NCBI GenBank assembly: GCA_900769815.1
Contig: CAAGID010000030.1
Span: forward strand, 80,415 to 144,414
Reading direction: 5' to 3'
DNA length: 64,000 nt
Source of the DNA: Clostridia bacterium
Lineage (GTDB): Bacteria > Bacillota > Clostridia > Christensenellales > QALW01
Below, piece by piece: positions 26,707 through 38,133 of this stretch; position 1 is the stretch's first letter, and each line of letters opens with the position of its first letter. The notes beneath the pieces are model-generated. The model saw only the letters and a program-made list of their open reading frames with translations, had not been told where the DNA came from and made no database searches. The translations under genes were made by a program, and so were the position numbers.

Positions 26707-26901
26707 TTACCAGTCCTCCTTGTGCAGTTTACTGCTTGTTTTTATATCGTCGTAATATGCTTTATATTCTTCAATGAACTTCTGATGACCATCTGTATCC
26801 AAGGTGTAAAGTTCTTCAGGCGAAAGTTCCCAAGGATCAAAAGCATCCTCATCGTCCATCTCGGAAAGCTTAAGCATATAGCCTCTGTTTATCTTTGCCA
26901 T
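26707..26901 (-). CDS. Hypothetical small acidic protein (64 aa)
   Basis: ORF packed between fbp (stop 26904) and the deacetylase (ATG 26705) with 1-2 nt gaps: MAKINRGYMLKLSEMDDEDAFDPWELSPEELY…. No family recognised. Confidence 0.45.
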   Translation of the reverse strand: MAKINRGYMLKLSEMDDEDAFDPWELSPEELYTLDTDGHQKFIEEYKAYYDDIKTSSKLHKEDW

Positions 26902-26903
26902 AA

Positions 26904-28871
26904 CTACCTCGAATTCGTTTCTTTGATTTTACCTGTTTCGTATGCCTTTAAAAGCATAGTTAAATCCGCTATTCTTTCGGAAATTTTCTTTCCCGTATCA
27001 GTATTTTTAACAAGAATATCATTATCGGAATGTTCAAAAACAACTGTATCCGAAACTACATCCGTATTATTCTTGATGGCCTCATCAGCCCCGCAAAATG
27101 GCTCATGTGCAGATATGCGCATACCTTGTGCATTATAAATAAGTGTATATCCTGCAATGCCCGTTTTGTTTCTGTAAGCCTTACAGAAGCCACCGTCAAT
27201 AACGATTACCCTGCCACCTGCTTTCACAGGTGCTTCGCCTAAATTTTTACGAACGGGAATGTGGCCGTTTATTATGTGTGCAGTATCTTCATTAAGCCCG
27301 AATTCTTTTAAAATACATTTTATCGTATTTTCATTTTCATAACAAGTATAATATGCATTTTTAGGCTCACTCCAAGCCTCCTTATCATCAATAAGCAAGC
27401 GTTCAAAGGTTGCCATTTTCTTTCTTCCGCATAAAGGCGAATCTTTACCGCACCACAAAAACCACATAATATCTTTACCCTGTTGCTTTTGCTTGGTGCC
27501 CTCAAGAGAAAAATACCCTTGACGTGCCTTTTTATCGAAATAGTCTAGTAGCTCTCTGCCGCATTTATTTTCGCCGGCTTCAAGCTTCATAAAGGTTCCG
27601 TCATCATTTAAAGGTATACAGCCATGGAACAAAAGATTCCCGTTAAAAACAGTATACATTTCGCCTTTTTCAAACAAAAATCCTACGTGACGCTGAAGCT
27701 TTTCTGAACGCATAAAGGCATTTTTTAAATACAGCATAACCTCTGCTTCTTCGTTAGTAAGTTTATATGGCTGAACGGGGTCAATGGTGGGAAAATCTGC
27801 ATCCTTAAGCTTATAGATTTGATTATCAATAATTACAGTTCCTTGCTTTTTATCAATTTTATCAAGGAAAAGTCTGTCTTCCATTTTAAATTGAGGATTT
27901 CGTAAAACAGTCTGACCTTCAAGCTTAAACTGAATAACGCTTATTGCCTTATGCATTCGAGCAATTAAAACGTCATCATCACTGTAATAAACGTCGCCTT
28001 CTGAATTGCCTTTGGGCATATAGCCTGAAACATCAGAGTTTTTATATACTTCCTGCGCAAAAAGTGAAAGAGGTCTTAAGGAAATACCATACCCTATTTC
28101 AACAACGTCAAGATTTTTATAAGTAATTGAATTGTTTAAAACCGTTGCAATACACGTTCTTGAGCCTGATGCTGCGCCCATCCAAAGAACGTCGTGATTG
28201 CCCCATTGGATATCAAGGGAATTTTCCTTAATAAGCTCTTCTACGATTATATCCGCACGGGGACCTCTGTCAAAAATGTCGCCTACAATATGAAGATGGT
28301 CAATAACAAGACTTTTTATGGCTGAGCATACTGCAATAATAAACTTTTGTGCAGCGCCTATATCGATGATGGTTTTTACGATATTTTCATAATATCTTTC
28401 CTTGTTTTTTGCATCATAGTCGTTATTAAGAAGCTCATCGATTATATAATCAAAGCCGCTTGCCGTTTTTTTAAGGTGTTTTCTTACCTTTGACCTGGTA
28501 TACTTACTGCTTACAAAACGGCATATTTCAAGAAGTCTTACAAGTGTAATGTTGTACCAATCATCTTTATCTGAAATTTTTTCTAAAAGTTCATTAAGCT
28601 TTTCTTCGGGATAATATATGAGTGTTGCAAGCTCTTCCCTTTCCTTTAAGGTTACCGTTTTTGAAAAAAGCTGTTCAATTTTTCGCCTTATAACACCTGA
28701 AGCGTTTTTTCGGATATGCTGATAAGCTTCATACTCGCCGTGAAGATCACTCATAAAATGCTCAGTGCCCTTGGGTAAATTGAGTATTGCATTAAGGTTA
28801 ATAATTTCGTTAAGTACTCTGTTACGGTCAGGATATTGTTTCTGAAGTTCAAGAATATATTTGTTTTCCAT
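26904..28871 (-). CDS. fbp: Fructose-1,6-bisphosphatase class 3
   Basis: 655 aa: MENKYILELQKQYPDRNRVLNEIINLNAILNLPKGTEHFMSDLHGEY… is the characteristic Firmicute class-III FBPase N-terminus. Metallophosphoesterase motifs (GDIFDRG, GNHD). Confidence 0.92.
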   Translation of the reverse strand: MENKYILELQKQYPDRNRVLNEIINLNAILNLPKGTEHFMSDLHGEYEAYQHIRKNASGVIRRKIEQLFSKTVTLKEREELATLIYYPEEKLNELLEKISDKDDWYNITLVRLLEICRFVSSKYTRSKVRKHLKKTASGFDYIIDELLNNDYDAKNKERYYENIVKTIIDIGAAQKFIIAVCSAIKSLVIDHLHIVGDIFDRGPRADIIVEELIKENSLDIQWGNHDVLWMGAASGSRTCIATVLNNSITYKNLDVVEIGYGISLRPLSLFAQEVYKNSDVSGYMPKGNSEGDVYYSDDDVLIARMHKAISVIQFKLEGQTVLRNPQFKMEDRLFLDKIDKKQGTVIIDNQIYKLKDADFPTIDPVQPYKLTNEEAEVMLYLKNAFMRSEKLQRHVGFLFEKGEMYTVFNGNLLFHGCIPLNDDGTFMKLEAGENKCGRELLDYFDKKARQGYFSLEGTKQKQQGKDIMWFLWCGKDSPLCGRKKMATFERLLIDDKEAWSEPKNAYYTCYENENTIKCILKEFGLNEDTAHIINGHIPVRKNLGEAPVKAGGRVIVIDGGFCKAYRNKTGIAGYTLIYNAQGMRISAHEPFCGADEAIKNNTDVVSDTVVFEHSDNDILVKNTDTGKKISERIADLTMLLKAYETGKIKETNSR

Positions 28872-28918
28872 TTATTCTCTCCTTTCTCCCTAAAAAACTT
28901 AAAGACTTTGCTTAATTA

Positions 28919-30595
28919 TTAGAATAATCCTGTGATTTTGCCGTTAGCATCAACGTCAATACGTTCTGCGGCAGGTACTTTAGGAAGACCGGGCATTGTT
29001 AAAATATCGCCGGTTAATACTACGATAAAGCCTGCACCTGCAGAAACCTTAACGTTTTTAATTGTAACAGTAAAGTTTTCAGGTGCACCCAGTTTGGTTG
29101 GGTCATCAGAAAAACTGTACTGTGTTTTTGCAATGCATACGGGAAGTTTATCAAAGCCAAGCTCAGTAAGCTGTGCAATCTGTTTTTTAGCGTTGGGCAT
29201 AACGGTAATTCCGTTACCGCCATAAACCTTTTTAACGACTGCTTCAATCTTATCTTCAATTGTTCCGTCAAGCTCGTAAGAGAAGGTAAAATCGCCCTTT
29301 TCTTCTTCGCAAAGACGAACAACCTCTTTAGCCAATTCTTCTCCACCCTTGCCGCCTTCTGCCCATACGGTGGAAAGCACTGTGTTTACGCCCAATTCCT
29401 TACACTTTTTGATGATGAAATCAATTTCATTATCGGTATCTGTGGGAAAACGGTTAACTGCAACAACGCAAGGTAACTTATATACGTTCTTAATATTTGA
29501 AACGTGACGGAGAAGATTGGGAATACCCTTTTCAAGAGCCTCAATATCCTCAAAATTAAGCTCGGTCTTTGCCCTGCCGCCGTGCATCTTAAGAGCACGT
29601 ACAGTTGCGACAACTACAACTGCATCAGGCGTAAGACCTGCCATACGGCACTTGATGTCAAGGAACTTTTCAGCACCTAAATCAGCACCGAACCCTGCTT
29701 CGGTAATGGTATAATCGCCCATTTTAAGGGCAAGCTTTGTTGCCATAACTGAGTTACAGCCGTGTGCGATATTTGCAAAGGGTCCGCCGTGAACGAAGGC
29801 AGGAGTTCCTTCTAAGGTCTGCACAAGGTTAGGCTTAATGGCATCCTTTAAAAGTGCACACATTGCACCTTGAGCCTTAAGCTGACCGCAGGTAACGGGC
29901 TTATCATCGTAGGTATAGCCTACTATAATTCTTGAAAGTCTCTCTTTTAAATCCGTAATAGAATTTGAAAGGCAAAGAATAGCCATAATTTCAGATGCAA
30001 CGGTAATATCAAAGCCGTCTTCACGAGGTACACCGTTAGCTTTACCGCCCATACCGTCAACAACAAAACGTAATTGGCGGTCATTCATATCAACGCAACG
30101 CTTCCAGGTAATTTTTCTTACGTCAATACCTAATTGGTTGCCCTGCTGAATATGGTTATCAAGCATTGCGGCAAGAAGATTGTTTGCTGCACCGATAGCG
30201 TGGAAGTCACCTGTAAAGTGAAGGTTAATATCTTCCATAGGCACAACCTGAGCATAGCCGCCGCCTGCCGCACCGCCCTTAACACCGAAAACGGGACCTA
30301 AAGAAGGTTCACGAAGTGCAACCGTTACGTCTTTACCGATTCTTTTAAGGCCGTCGGCAAGACCGATCGTTGTGGTGGTCTTGCCTTCGCCTGCAGGTGT
30401 AGGTGTAATTGCAGTAACAAGAATAAGTTTACCATCTTTTCTGTCAGTTTCTTCTAATAATGAAAGGTCAATTTTGGCTTTATATCTGCCGTACTGCTCA
30501 ATATACTTTTCGTCAACGTGAGCTGTTTTTGCGATTTCGCTTATATTTTTCATCTCACAAGCCTGAGCAATTTCTATATCGGATTTATATTCCAT
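28919..30595 (-). CDS. fhs: Formate--tetrahydrofolate ligase
   Basis: …KSDIEIAQ…[23 protein letters not shown]…GGGYAQV…; 558 aa. Start lies 11 nt after the purL stop. Confidence 0.95.
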   Translation of the reverse strand: MEYKSDIEIAQACEMKNISEIAKTAHVDEKYIEQYGRYKAKIDLSLLEETDRKDGKLILVTAITPTPAGEGKTTTTIGLADGLKRIGKDVTVALREPSLGPVFGVKGGAAGGGYAQVVPMEDINLHFTGDFHAIGAANNLLAAMLDNHIQQGNQLGIDVRKITWKRCVDMNDRQLRFVVDGMGGKANGVPREDGFDITVASEIMAILCLSNSITDLKERLSRIIVGYTYDDKPVTCGQLKAQGAMCALLKDAIKPNLVQTLEGTPAFVHGGPFANIAHGCNSVMATKLALKMGDYTITEAGFGADLGAEKFLDIKCRMAGLTPDAVVVVATVRALKMHGGRAKTELNFEDIEALEKGIPNLLRHVSNIKNVYKLPCVVAVNRFPTDTDNEIDFIIKKCKELGVNTVLSTVWAEGGKGGEELAKEVVRLCEEEKGDFTFSYELDGTIEDKIEAVVKKVYGGNGITVMPNAKKQIAQLTELGFDKLPVCIAKTQYSFSDDPTKLGAPENFTVTIKNVKVSAGAGFIVVLTGDILTMPGLPKVPAAERIDVDANGKITGLF

Positions 30596-30606
30596 TTTTA
30601 TCTCCC

Positions 30607-33600
30607 CTATTTAAAATATTTTACTGCCGAAGCAAACATTCTTATATCATAGTTTCCTTCAACATTTTTATAGAGTCCTTTACCTATACGCTCAGAGTGA
30701 CCCATTTTACCGAATACCCTACCGTCAGGAGAAGTGATGCCTTCAATAGCACACATAGAATCATTGGGGTTAAAATGAATATCGCTTGTAGCGTTACCTT
30801 CTAAATCAACGTACTGCGTCGCAATCTGACCGTTTGCCTTAAGCTGTTCAATAAGCTTGGGATCAGCAATAAATCTGCCTTCGCCGTGTGAAATAGGCAC
30901 GTTAACGATGTCGCCTACGTTCATAAGTGATAACCAAGGAGATTTATTTGATGCAATACGTGTCCTTACAATACGTGACTGATGGCGTGCGATAGTATTG
31001 AAGGTAAGTGTAGGACAGGTTTCATCAGTATCAATAATCTTGCCGTAAGGAACAAGACCTAACTTAATTAGTGCCTGGAAACCGTTACAGATACCGCACA
31101 TAAGACCGTCGCGGTTATCAAGAAGGTCACTTACGCCTTCCTTGATAGCACCGTTTCTGAAGAAGGCAGTAATAAATTTACCGCTTCCGTCAGGCTCATC
31201 TCCACCTGAGAAACCGCCGGGAATAAATATCATCTGTGCATCCTTAAGTTTTTTAGCAAAGGTATCAACGCTTCTCTGAATACCGTCAGATGAAAGGTTA
31301 TTGATTACGATGATTTCAGGCTCTGCCCCTGCATCGCGAACTGCTTTAGCTGAATCAAACTCACAGTTTGTACCGGGGAATGCAGGAATAAGAACCTTGG
31401 GCTTTGCAACCTTTATTCTTGGTGCAGGATAGCTTGTTGCCTTATATTCAAAATTCTCGATTTTATTATTGCCTTGGTCAATATTACAGCTGTATACGCT
31501 TTCAAGCTTATCTTCATATGCAGTAAGAAGCTTATTAAGGCAAATTTTTTCGTCCTTATACTCAATAACTTCTTCTGTCTGGGTTGTACCAATAAGGCGT
31601 GCATCTTCAATTTCTTCAGTTGCTTCAAATATGAATGCACCGTAATTATACTTAAATATACACTTGGGGCACATATTTTCATCATACTTAAAGCCTATTG
31701 AGTTACCAAAGCACATCTTCATAACTGCTTCGCCGATACCGCCCATACCTAAGGTATAGCAGGAAAGAATCTTGCCTTCACGCATAAGTGAAGTAATTTT
31801 ATTGAAGGTAGCAATTAAAGATTCAGTTACCGGAAGACCGTTTTCATCATATTCAGGATAGATAGCATAAACCTTATTGCCTGCTTTCTTGAATTCAGGC
31901 GAAATAACGTCCTGAACCTTGCCCGTTGTTACTGCGAAGGAAACAAGTGTAGGAGGAACGTCAAGGTCCTCAAAGGAGCCTGACATTGAGTCCTTACCGC
32001 CGATTGAACCGATGCCCAATTCCTTCTGTGCTTTAAATGCACCTAAAAGTGCGGCTAAAGGCTTGCCCCAACGCTTGCCGTCCTTGCCGGGATGCTCGAA
32101 ATATTCCTGGAAGGTAAGGTAAACGTCTTCAAAGGAAGCACCTGTTGCAATTAATTTTGAAACAGATTCAACTACTGCGGTGTATGCACCGTGATAGGGA
32201 CTCTGTTCAGTAATAAAGGGATTATAGCCCCAAGCCATAAATGAGCAATCGTCAGTATGCTTCTTTTCAACAGAAACCTTCTGTACCATTGCCTGAATTG
32301 GTGTTAACTGATTCTTACCGCCAAAGGGCATAAGCACTGTGCCTGCACCGATGGTGGAGTCAAAACGCTCTGAAAGACCGCGTTTTGAGCACATATTAAG
32401 GTCGGAGGCAATATCGAAATAATTTTCGGTAAAACTTTCCTTGATTTCCTTATTCTTTATTTCAGGCTTTGCGGGTGTAACTGTTATATGCTTTTCAGCA
32501 CCGTTTGAGTTAAGGAACTCACGGCTGATATCAACAATCTTTTTGCCGTTCCAGTTCATAACAAGACGGGGTTCTTCCTTAATAACCGCAACGGGACAAG
32601 CCTGAAGGTTTTCTTCTTTTGCAAGTGCCAAGAATTTATCAATATTTTCTTTTTCGATAACAACTGCCATACGCTCCTGAGATTCGCTTATTGCAAGCTC
32701 AGTACCGTCAAGACCGTCGTACTTCTTGGGAACTGCATTAAGGTCAATTTCAAGACCGTCGGCAAGCTCGCCGATAGCAACAGAAACACCACCTGCACCG
32801 AAGTCGTTACAGCGTTTAATCATTTGTGTTGCTTCTTTATTTCTGAAAAGACGCTGAAGCTTTCTTTCTTCAGGTGCATTACCCTTCTGAACTTCAGCAC
32901 CGCAGGTTTCAAGACTCTGTGCGGTATGTGACTTTGATGAGCCTGTTGCACCGCCGCAACCGTCACGGCCTGTACTTCCGCCTAAAAGAATTACAACATC
33001 ACCGGGGGCAGGAACTTCTCTACGAACGTTCTCCTGAGGTGCGGCTGCAATAACTGCACCGATTTCCATACGCTTTGCAGCATAGCCGGGATGATATATT
33101 TCGTCAACTATACCCGTTGCAAGACCGATCTGGTTACCATATGAAGAATAACCTGCAGCAGCGGTAGTAACAATCTTTCTCTGAGGAAGCTTTCCCTTTA
33201 TAGTTTCAGAAACGGGCTTTAAGGGGTCAGCGGCACCTGTTACACGCATTGCACCGTAAACGTATGCTCTGCCTGACAAGGGATCACGGATTGCACCGCC
33301 AATACAGGTTGCTGCACCGCCGAAAGGCTCGATTTCTGTGGGATGGTTATGTGTTTCATTTTTAAAGAGAAGTAACCAGGGCTCTTTTACACCGTCAACT
33401 TCAACTTCAATTTTAACTGTACAAGCGTTGATTTCTTCTGATTCATCAAGCTTATTAAGCAAACCGTGCTTTTTAAGATATTTAACTGCAACCGTTGCAA
33501 GGTCCATTAAGCAGATGGGCTTTGTACGGTTAAGCTCTTTACGTACTTCAATATATTCTTCATATGCCTTCTGTAAAAGTTCATCTTCAAACTTAACGTC

Positions 33601-34296
33601 ATCAATAATCGTAAGGAAGGTTGTATGACGGCAATGGTCTGACCAGTATGTATCAATCATTCTGATTTCAGTAATGGTGGGGTCACGGTCTTCTGACTTA
33701 AAGTAATCCTGACAGAACTGAATATCGTCAGCATCCATTGCAAGGCCGTATTCCTTAACGAAATTTTCAAGACCTGCCCTATCAAGTTTAATAAAACCGT
33801 CTAAAGTTTTAACCGTTGTGGGAATTTCATAGTTAACCTTTAAGGTTTCAGGCTTATCTAAAGTTGCTTCCCTTGCTTCAACGGGGTTAATAACGTACTT
33901 TTTGATTTCAGCAATTTCATTTTCGGTTAAATCTCCGTAAAGAGCATAAACCTTGGCTGTTCTGATTAAGGGTCTATCGCCCTGTGAGATAATCTGAATA
34001 CACTGTGCGGCAGAGTCAGCACGCTGGTCAAACTGACCGGGCAAATATTCAACTGCGAAAACGAAAGCACCGTCGCAAGAAATATCGTCAGTTACGATAT
34101 CAAGCTGGGGCTCTGAAAAAACCGTCTTTTTTGCATAGTTAAAAAGCTCTTCGGTAATATTTTCCGCATCATAACGGTTAATTACGCGAACGTCCTTTAA
34201 TGATTCAATGCCCAATAAGTTATTGGCTTCTGAAAGAAGTCCTTTTGCTTCATTGGCAAGTTCCTTTTTCTTTTCTACAAAAACTCTGAAAACCAT
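30607..34296 (-). CDS. purL: Phosphoribosylformylglycinamidine synthase (single-chain large PurL)
   Basis: 1229 aa with N-terminal PurS-like, central AIRS and C-terminal glutamine amidotransferase regions (…GICNGFQAL…). Confidence 0.95.
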   Translation of the reverse strand: MVFRVFVEKKKELANEAKGLLSEANNLLGIESLKDVRVINRYDAENITEELFNYAKKTVFSEPQLDIVTDDISCDGAFVFAVEYLPGQFDQRADSAAQCIQIISQGDRPLIRTAKVYALYGDLTENEIAEIKKYVINPVEAREATLDKPETLKVNYEIPTTVKTLDGFIKLDRAGLENFVKEYGLAMDADDIQFCQDYFKSEDRDPTITEIRMIDTYWSDHCRHTTFLTIIDDVKFEDELLQKAYEEYIEVRKELNRTKPICLMDLATVAVKYLKKHGLLNKLDESEEINACTVKIEVEVDGVKEPWLLLFKNETHNHPTEIEPFGGAATCIGGAIRDPLSGRAYVYGAMRVTGAADPLKPVSETIKGKLPQRKIVTTAAAGYSSYGNQIGLATGIVDEIYHPGYAAKRMEIGAVIAAAPQENVRREVPAPGDVVILLGGSTGRDGCGGATGSSKSHTAQSLETCGAEVQKGNAPEERKLQRLFRNKEATQMIKRCNDFGAGGVSVAIGELADGLEIDLNAVPKKYDGLDGTELAISESQERMAVVIEKENIDKFLALAKEENLQACPVAVIKEEPRLVMNWNGKKIVDISREFLNSNGAEKHITVTPAKPEIKNKEIKESFTENYFDIASDLNMCSKRGLSERFDSTIGAGTVLMPFGGKNQLTPIQAMVQKVSVEKKHTDDCSFMAWGYNPFITEQSPYHGAYTAVVESVSKLIATGASFEDVYLTFQEYFEHPGKDGKRWGKPLAALLGAFKAQKELGIGSIGGKDSMSGSFEDLDVPPTLVSFAVTTGKVQDVISPEFKKAGNKVYAIYPEYDENGLPVTESLIATFNKITSLMREGKILSCYTLGMGGIGEAVMKMCFGNSIGFKYDENMCPKCIFKYNYGAFIFEATEEIEDARLIGTTQTEEVIEYKDEKICLNKLLTAYEDKLESVYSCNIDQGNNKIENFEYKATSYPAPRIKVAKPKVLIPAFPGTNCEFDSAKAVRDAGAEPEIIVINNLSSDGIQRSVDTFAKKLKDAQMIFIPGGFSGGDEPDGSGKFITAFFRNGAIKEGVSDLLDNRDGLMCGICNGFQALIKLGLVPYGKIIDTDETCPTLTFNTIARHQSRIVRTRIASNKSPWLSLMNVGDIVNVPISHGEGRFIADPKLIEQLKANGQIATQYVDLEGNATSDIHFNPNDSMCAIEGITSPDGRVFGKMGHSERIGKGLYKNVEGNYDIRMFASAVKYFK

Positions 34297-34297
34297 A

Positions 34298-35566
34298 TTA
34301 TTCTCCTTTTGCCTTTAATGCCCTTGCGCCTATATCGTTACGATAATAAGCGTTTTCGAAGGAAATTTTCTTAACAAGCTTATAAGCTTCTTTGATTGCT
34401 TCTTCAAGTGTATCGCTTACTGCAGTTGCACCTAAAACACGCCCGCCGTTTGTAAGAAGCTTACCGTCTTTTAATGATGCACCTGCAACGTAGACGTTAT
34501 CTTTGATTTCCTTGGGGATATTCATTTCAAAGCCCTTATCGTATTTTTGGGGATAGCCCTTTGATGCCATAATAACACAGCAGGCATTTTTATCCATAAA
34601 GCTTACATCAACCTTATCAAGCTCACCGTTGGTAACTGCCTGCATAACCGTTAAAAGGTCGCTCTTTAAAAGAGGAAGAACCACCTGTGTTTCAGGATCG
34701 CCAAAACGGCAGTTATATTCAATAACCTTAGGTCCGTTTTTCGTAAGCATAAGTCCGAAATAAAGACATCCTTTAAATGTTCTGCCCTCAGACTTCATTG
34801 CATTGATTGTAGGAATAAATATCTTTTCCATACATTCCTTTGCAATATCCTCAGTATAATAGGGGTTCGGCGCAACAGTACCCATACCGCCTGTATTAAG
34901 ACCTGTATCGTTATCCCCTGCGCGCTTATGGTCCATTGAAGAAATCATCGGTACAACAATGTTGCCGTCAGTAAAAGATAAAACTGAAACTTCAGGACCT
35001 TCTAAAAATTCTTCAATTACGATATTGTCTCCGCTTGCACCGAAAACCTTATCTTCCATCATGCTTTTAACTGCATCGATGGCTTCCTGGCGTGTCAAAG
35101 CGATTATAACGCCTTTACCTAAAGCAAGTCCGTCAGCCTTAATAACTGTAGGAATAGGTGCATCCTTAAGATATTCTAAAGCCTTTTCAACGTCATTGAA
35201 AACTTCGTACTGTGCTGTAGGAATATTGTATTTTTTCATAAGATTTTTTGAAAAAACCTTACTGCCTTCGATAATTGCCGCATTGGCTTTAGGTCCAAAG
35301 CAAGGAATCCCTTCCTTTTCCAAAGCATCAACTGCACCTAAAACAAGAGGATCATCAGGTGCAACAACTGCATAATCTATGCGGGTTTTAACTGCAAAAT
35401 CAACGATTTTATCAATTTCCTTTGCACCGATGTCAACTATCGTTGCATCCTCTGCCATACCGCCGTTACCTGGCAATGCAAAAATCTCGGTTACATTTTT
35501 ATTTTCTTTAAGTTTTTTTATGATGGCGTGTTCTCTACCGCCGCCACCGACAACCATTATCTTCAT
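34298..35566 (-). CDS. purD: Phosphoribosylamine--glycine ligase
   Basis: MKIMVVGGGGREHAIIKKL…; ATP-grasp; 422 aa. Confidence 0.95.
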   Translation of the reverse strand: MKIMVVGGGGREHAIIKKLKENKNVTEIFALPGNGGMAEDATIVDIGAKEIDKIVDFAVKTRIDYAVVAPDDPLVLGAVDALEKEGIPCFGPKANAAIIEGSKVFSKNLMKKYNIPTAQYEVFNDVEKALEYLKDAPIPTVIKADGLALGKGVIIALTRQEAIDAVKSMMEDKVFGASGDNIVIEEFLEGPEVSVLSFTDGNIVVPMISSMDHKRAGDNDTGLNTGGMGTVAPNPYYTEDIAKECMEKIFIPTINAMKSEGRTFKGCLYFGLMLTKNGPKVIEYNCRFGDPETQVVLPLLKSDLLTVMQAVTNGELDKVDVSFMDKNACCVIMASKGYPQKYDKGFEMNIPKEIKDNVYVAGASLKDGKLLTNGGRVLGATAVSDTLEEAIKEAYKLVKKISFENAYYRNDIGARALKAKGE

Positions 35567-35575
35567 ATTTTCTCC

Positions 35576-36760
35576 TTAATGATGGAATAAACGCATTCCT
35601 GTAAATGCCATAGCCATACCGTATTTATCTGCACATTCAATAACAAGATCGTCTCTGATTGAACCGCCGGGCTCGGCAATATACTTAACACCGCTTCTCT
35701 TTGCACGCTCAATGTTATCGGAGAATGGGAAGAAAGCGTCTGAACCAAGTGCAACACCGTCAATGGAAGCAAGATATTCCTTTGCTTCAGCATCTGTTAA
35801 GGGTTCGGGCTTTTCGGTAAAATATTTTTCCCAATTACCGTCTGCACACACATCTTCTTCATTTTTATTGATATAACCGTCGATTACGTTATCTCTGTCA
35901 GGACGTGAAAGTTCAGGCTTAAAGGGAAGATTCAATACCTTATCGTGCTGACGAAGGAACCAGGTGTCAGCCTTTGTACCTGCAAGACGTGTGCAGTGAA
36001 TTCTTGACTGCTGACCTGCACCAACACCGATAGCCTGTCCGTCATAAGCAAAGCAAACTGAGTTTGACTGTGTATATTTAAGTGTAATAAGTGAAATTAT
36101 AAGATCGCGTACTGCTTCATCGGGAAGTTCCTTATTCTTTGTAACAAGGTTCTGTAAAAGTTCACGGTTAATTTCAAAGTTGTTTCTGCCCTGTTCAAAG
36201 GTAATGCCGAAAACCTGCTTATGCTCAATAGCATCAGGCACATAATTTGCATCAATTTTTACGATATTGTAGTTGCCGTTTCTCTTGGTTTTTAAAATCT
36301 CAAGAGCTTCAGGCTCATAACCAGGTGCAATAACGCCATCGGAAATTTCTCTTTTAATCATCTTCGCGGTGGTAACGTCACAAACGTCTGAAAGTGCTAC
36401 CCAGTCACCAAATGAGCACATTCTGTCAGCACCGCGGGCACGGGCATATGCACAAGCAAGGGGAGAATCATCAAGACCTTCAATATCATCAACAAAGTAA
36501 GCCTTTTTAAGCTTTTGGGGTAACTTTACGCCAACTGCTGCTGAAGTAGGCGAAACGTGCTTGAAAGAAGTAACTGCAGGTAAGCCCAATGCTTCCTTTA
36601 ATTCTTTAACCAGCTGCCAGCTGTTAAAAGCATCAAGGAAGTTAATATAGCCCGGTCTTCCGCAAAGAATTTCAATGGGAAGATCAGAATCATCGTGCAT
36701 AAATATTTTTGCAGGCTTTTGATTTGGATTGCAACCGTATTTTAATTCAAATTCTTTCAT
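35576..36760 (-). CDS. purH: AICAR formyltransferase (PurH transformylase domain only; no MGS-type IMP cyclohydrolase domain)
   Basis: 394 aa: …LKYGCNPNQ…SFKHVSPTSAAVGV…AEPGGSIRD…FTGMRLFHH. The N-terminal IMPCH/MGS domain of the usual ~510-aa PurH is absent. Confidence 0.88.
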   Translation of the reverse strand: MKEFELKYGCNPNQKPAKIFMHDDSDLPIEILCGRPGYINFLDAFNSWQLVKELKEALGLPAVTSFKHVSPTSAAVGVKLPQKLKKAYFVDDIEGLDDSPLACAYARARGADRMCSFGDWVALSDVCDVTTAKMIKREISDGVIAPGYEPEALEILKTKRNGNYNIVKIDANYVPDAIEHKQVFGITFEQGRNNFEINRELLQNLVTKNKELPDEAVRDLIISLITLKYTQSNSVCFAYDGQAIGVGAGQQSRIHCTRLAGTKADTWFLRQHDKVLNLPFKPELSRPDRDNVIDGYINKNEEDVCADGNWEKYFTEKPEPLTDAEAKEYLASIDGVALGSDAFFPFSDNIERAKRSGVKYIAEPGGSIRDDLVIECADKYGMAMAFTGMRLFHH

Positions 36761-36771
36761 ATCTATACTCC

Positions 36772-37488
36772 TTACTTGTTTTTGTTTACTATTCTTGAAT
36801 CATATTTACCTGTTTCAAGGTCAATATATCTAACAAAAAGTGAAACCTTATTATCAGCATTTAAGTTCTTCCAGATAATGTCGGTTAAAGTATCAATATC
36901 CGTATCGGGAAGTTCAAGTGTTTTGGGCTCGCCCTCAAAGCTGGGAAGGGGGTTTCCGTCACACTTATAAGTATGGATAAACTTTGCTTTTCCGGGCAAT
37001 GGATTTGAGTAAGCAAAAGTATATCTCTGGCAGGAGCTTCCGTCGCCCTCTGCTGATTTTAAAATTGACATTGCATAATTCATATCTCCTTTTTCAAGGC
37101 GGATAATACCTGAAATACGAGGTGTGAAGTTAGGTGCATCGTCTTCAAACTCACGGGTTCTTAACGCCTGTTCAAATGTCATTTGTCTGTCCATAAGCTC
37201 ATAAATCGTATCTGTCTGGTCACCGTTTGTAACGATGGTCTTATTGCCAAGAACTCTTACGGGAGCATAAATGATAAGGTGTGGATCAACCATCTTAGAC
37301 TCATCATAAGCTTGAGTTCTGATGCCTTCGCCGTCTTCAACGAAAACGCGGTTACGGCTGTTTTCGCTTCTGCCCATAATAAAATACGCGGTAATTGCCT
37401 TTTTACCGTCTTTACTTTTGCCGATAATAATACCTCTGCCGTGGTAAGCTAAAGAATTAAGTTCATTTTCAAGAGTTCTAATTTCCAT
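36772..37488 (-). CDS. purO: IMP cyclohydrolase, PurO (archaeal-type) family
   Basis: …AYHGRGIIIGKSKDGKKAITAYFIMGRSENSRNRVF…IVTNGDQTD… resembles the PurO pattern. Sits exactly where the cyclohydrolase activity is missing from purH. Confidence 0.75.
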   Translation of the reverse strand: MEIRTLENELNSLAYHGRGIIIGKSKDGKKAITAYFIMGRSENSRNRVFVEDGEGIRTQAYDESKMVDPHLIIYAPVRVLGNKTIVTNGDQTDTIYELMDRQMTFEQALRTREFEDDAPNFTPRISGIIRLEKGDMNYAMSILKSAEGDGSSCQRYTFAYSNPLPGKAKFIHTYKCDGNPLPSFEGEPKTLELPDTDIDTLTDIIWKNLNADNKVSLFVRYIDLETGKYDSRIVNKNK

Positions 37489-37503
37489 TTTTATGCCCTC
37501 CGC

Positions 37504-38133
37504 TTATTTAATAGTTGCTATACCGTTTTCAACGGTAATTCTTTCATCACAAAGTAATTTTACCGCTTGAGGTAAAATCTTCCATTCAGCCTCTTCCATT
37601 ATACGTCTTTGTAACGTTTCAGGAGTATCGCCATTTAAAACTTCAACTGCCTTTTGCAGGATGATAGGTCCGCCGTCACACTCTTTAGTAACAAAATGAA
37701 CCGTTGCACCTGATACCTTAACGCCTTTTTTAAGGGCTTCCTCGTGAACACGGAGACCGTAATAGCCTTTACCGCAGAAGGAAGGAATAAGGGCAGGATG
37801 AACGTTTACCATTTTATTAGGAAATGCGTTACATACCGCATCGCCTAAAATAGTCATAAAGCCTGCATAAACGATTACATCAGCCTTCTCTTCAAGAAAT
37901 GCTTTAAGCATATCTTCCGTATATTTATCAACGCTGTCGTAATCTTTTCTTATCAGCGTTCGTGTTTTAATGTTATTCTGCTCTGCTCGGACAAGAGCAT
38001 AAGCGTCAGCGTTAGAGGCTATAACGCAGGTAATTTTACCGTTACCCAGCTCTCCCCTCTTTTCAGCGTCAATTAACGCCTGAAGATTGGTGCCGCCGCC
38101 GGAAGCAAGAACAACTATATTTTTCTTATTCAA
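37504..38133 (-). CDS. purN: Phosphoribosylglycinamide formyltransferase
   Basis: …NIVVLASGGGTNLQALID…NVHPALIPSFCG…. I place the start at the TTG at 38133 (GAGGGTG 6 nt upstream, overlapping the purM stop). The track's GTG at 38151 is the alternative. Confidence 0.88.
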   Translation of the reverse strand: MNKKNIVVLASGGGTNLQALIDAEKRGELGNGKITCVIASNADAYALVRAEQNNIKTRTLIRKDYDSVDKYTEDMLKAFLEEKADVIVYAGFMTILGDAVCNAFPNKMVNVHPALIPSFCGKGYYGLRVHEEALKKGVKVSGATVHFVTKECDGGPIILQKAVEVLNGDTPETLQRRIMEEAEWKILPQAVKLLCDERITVENGIATIK

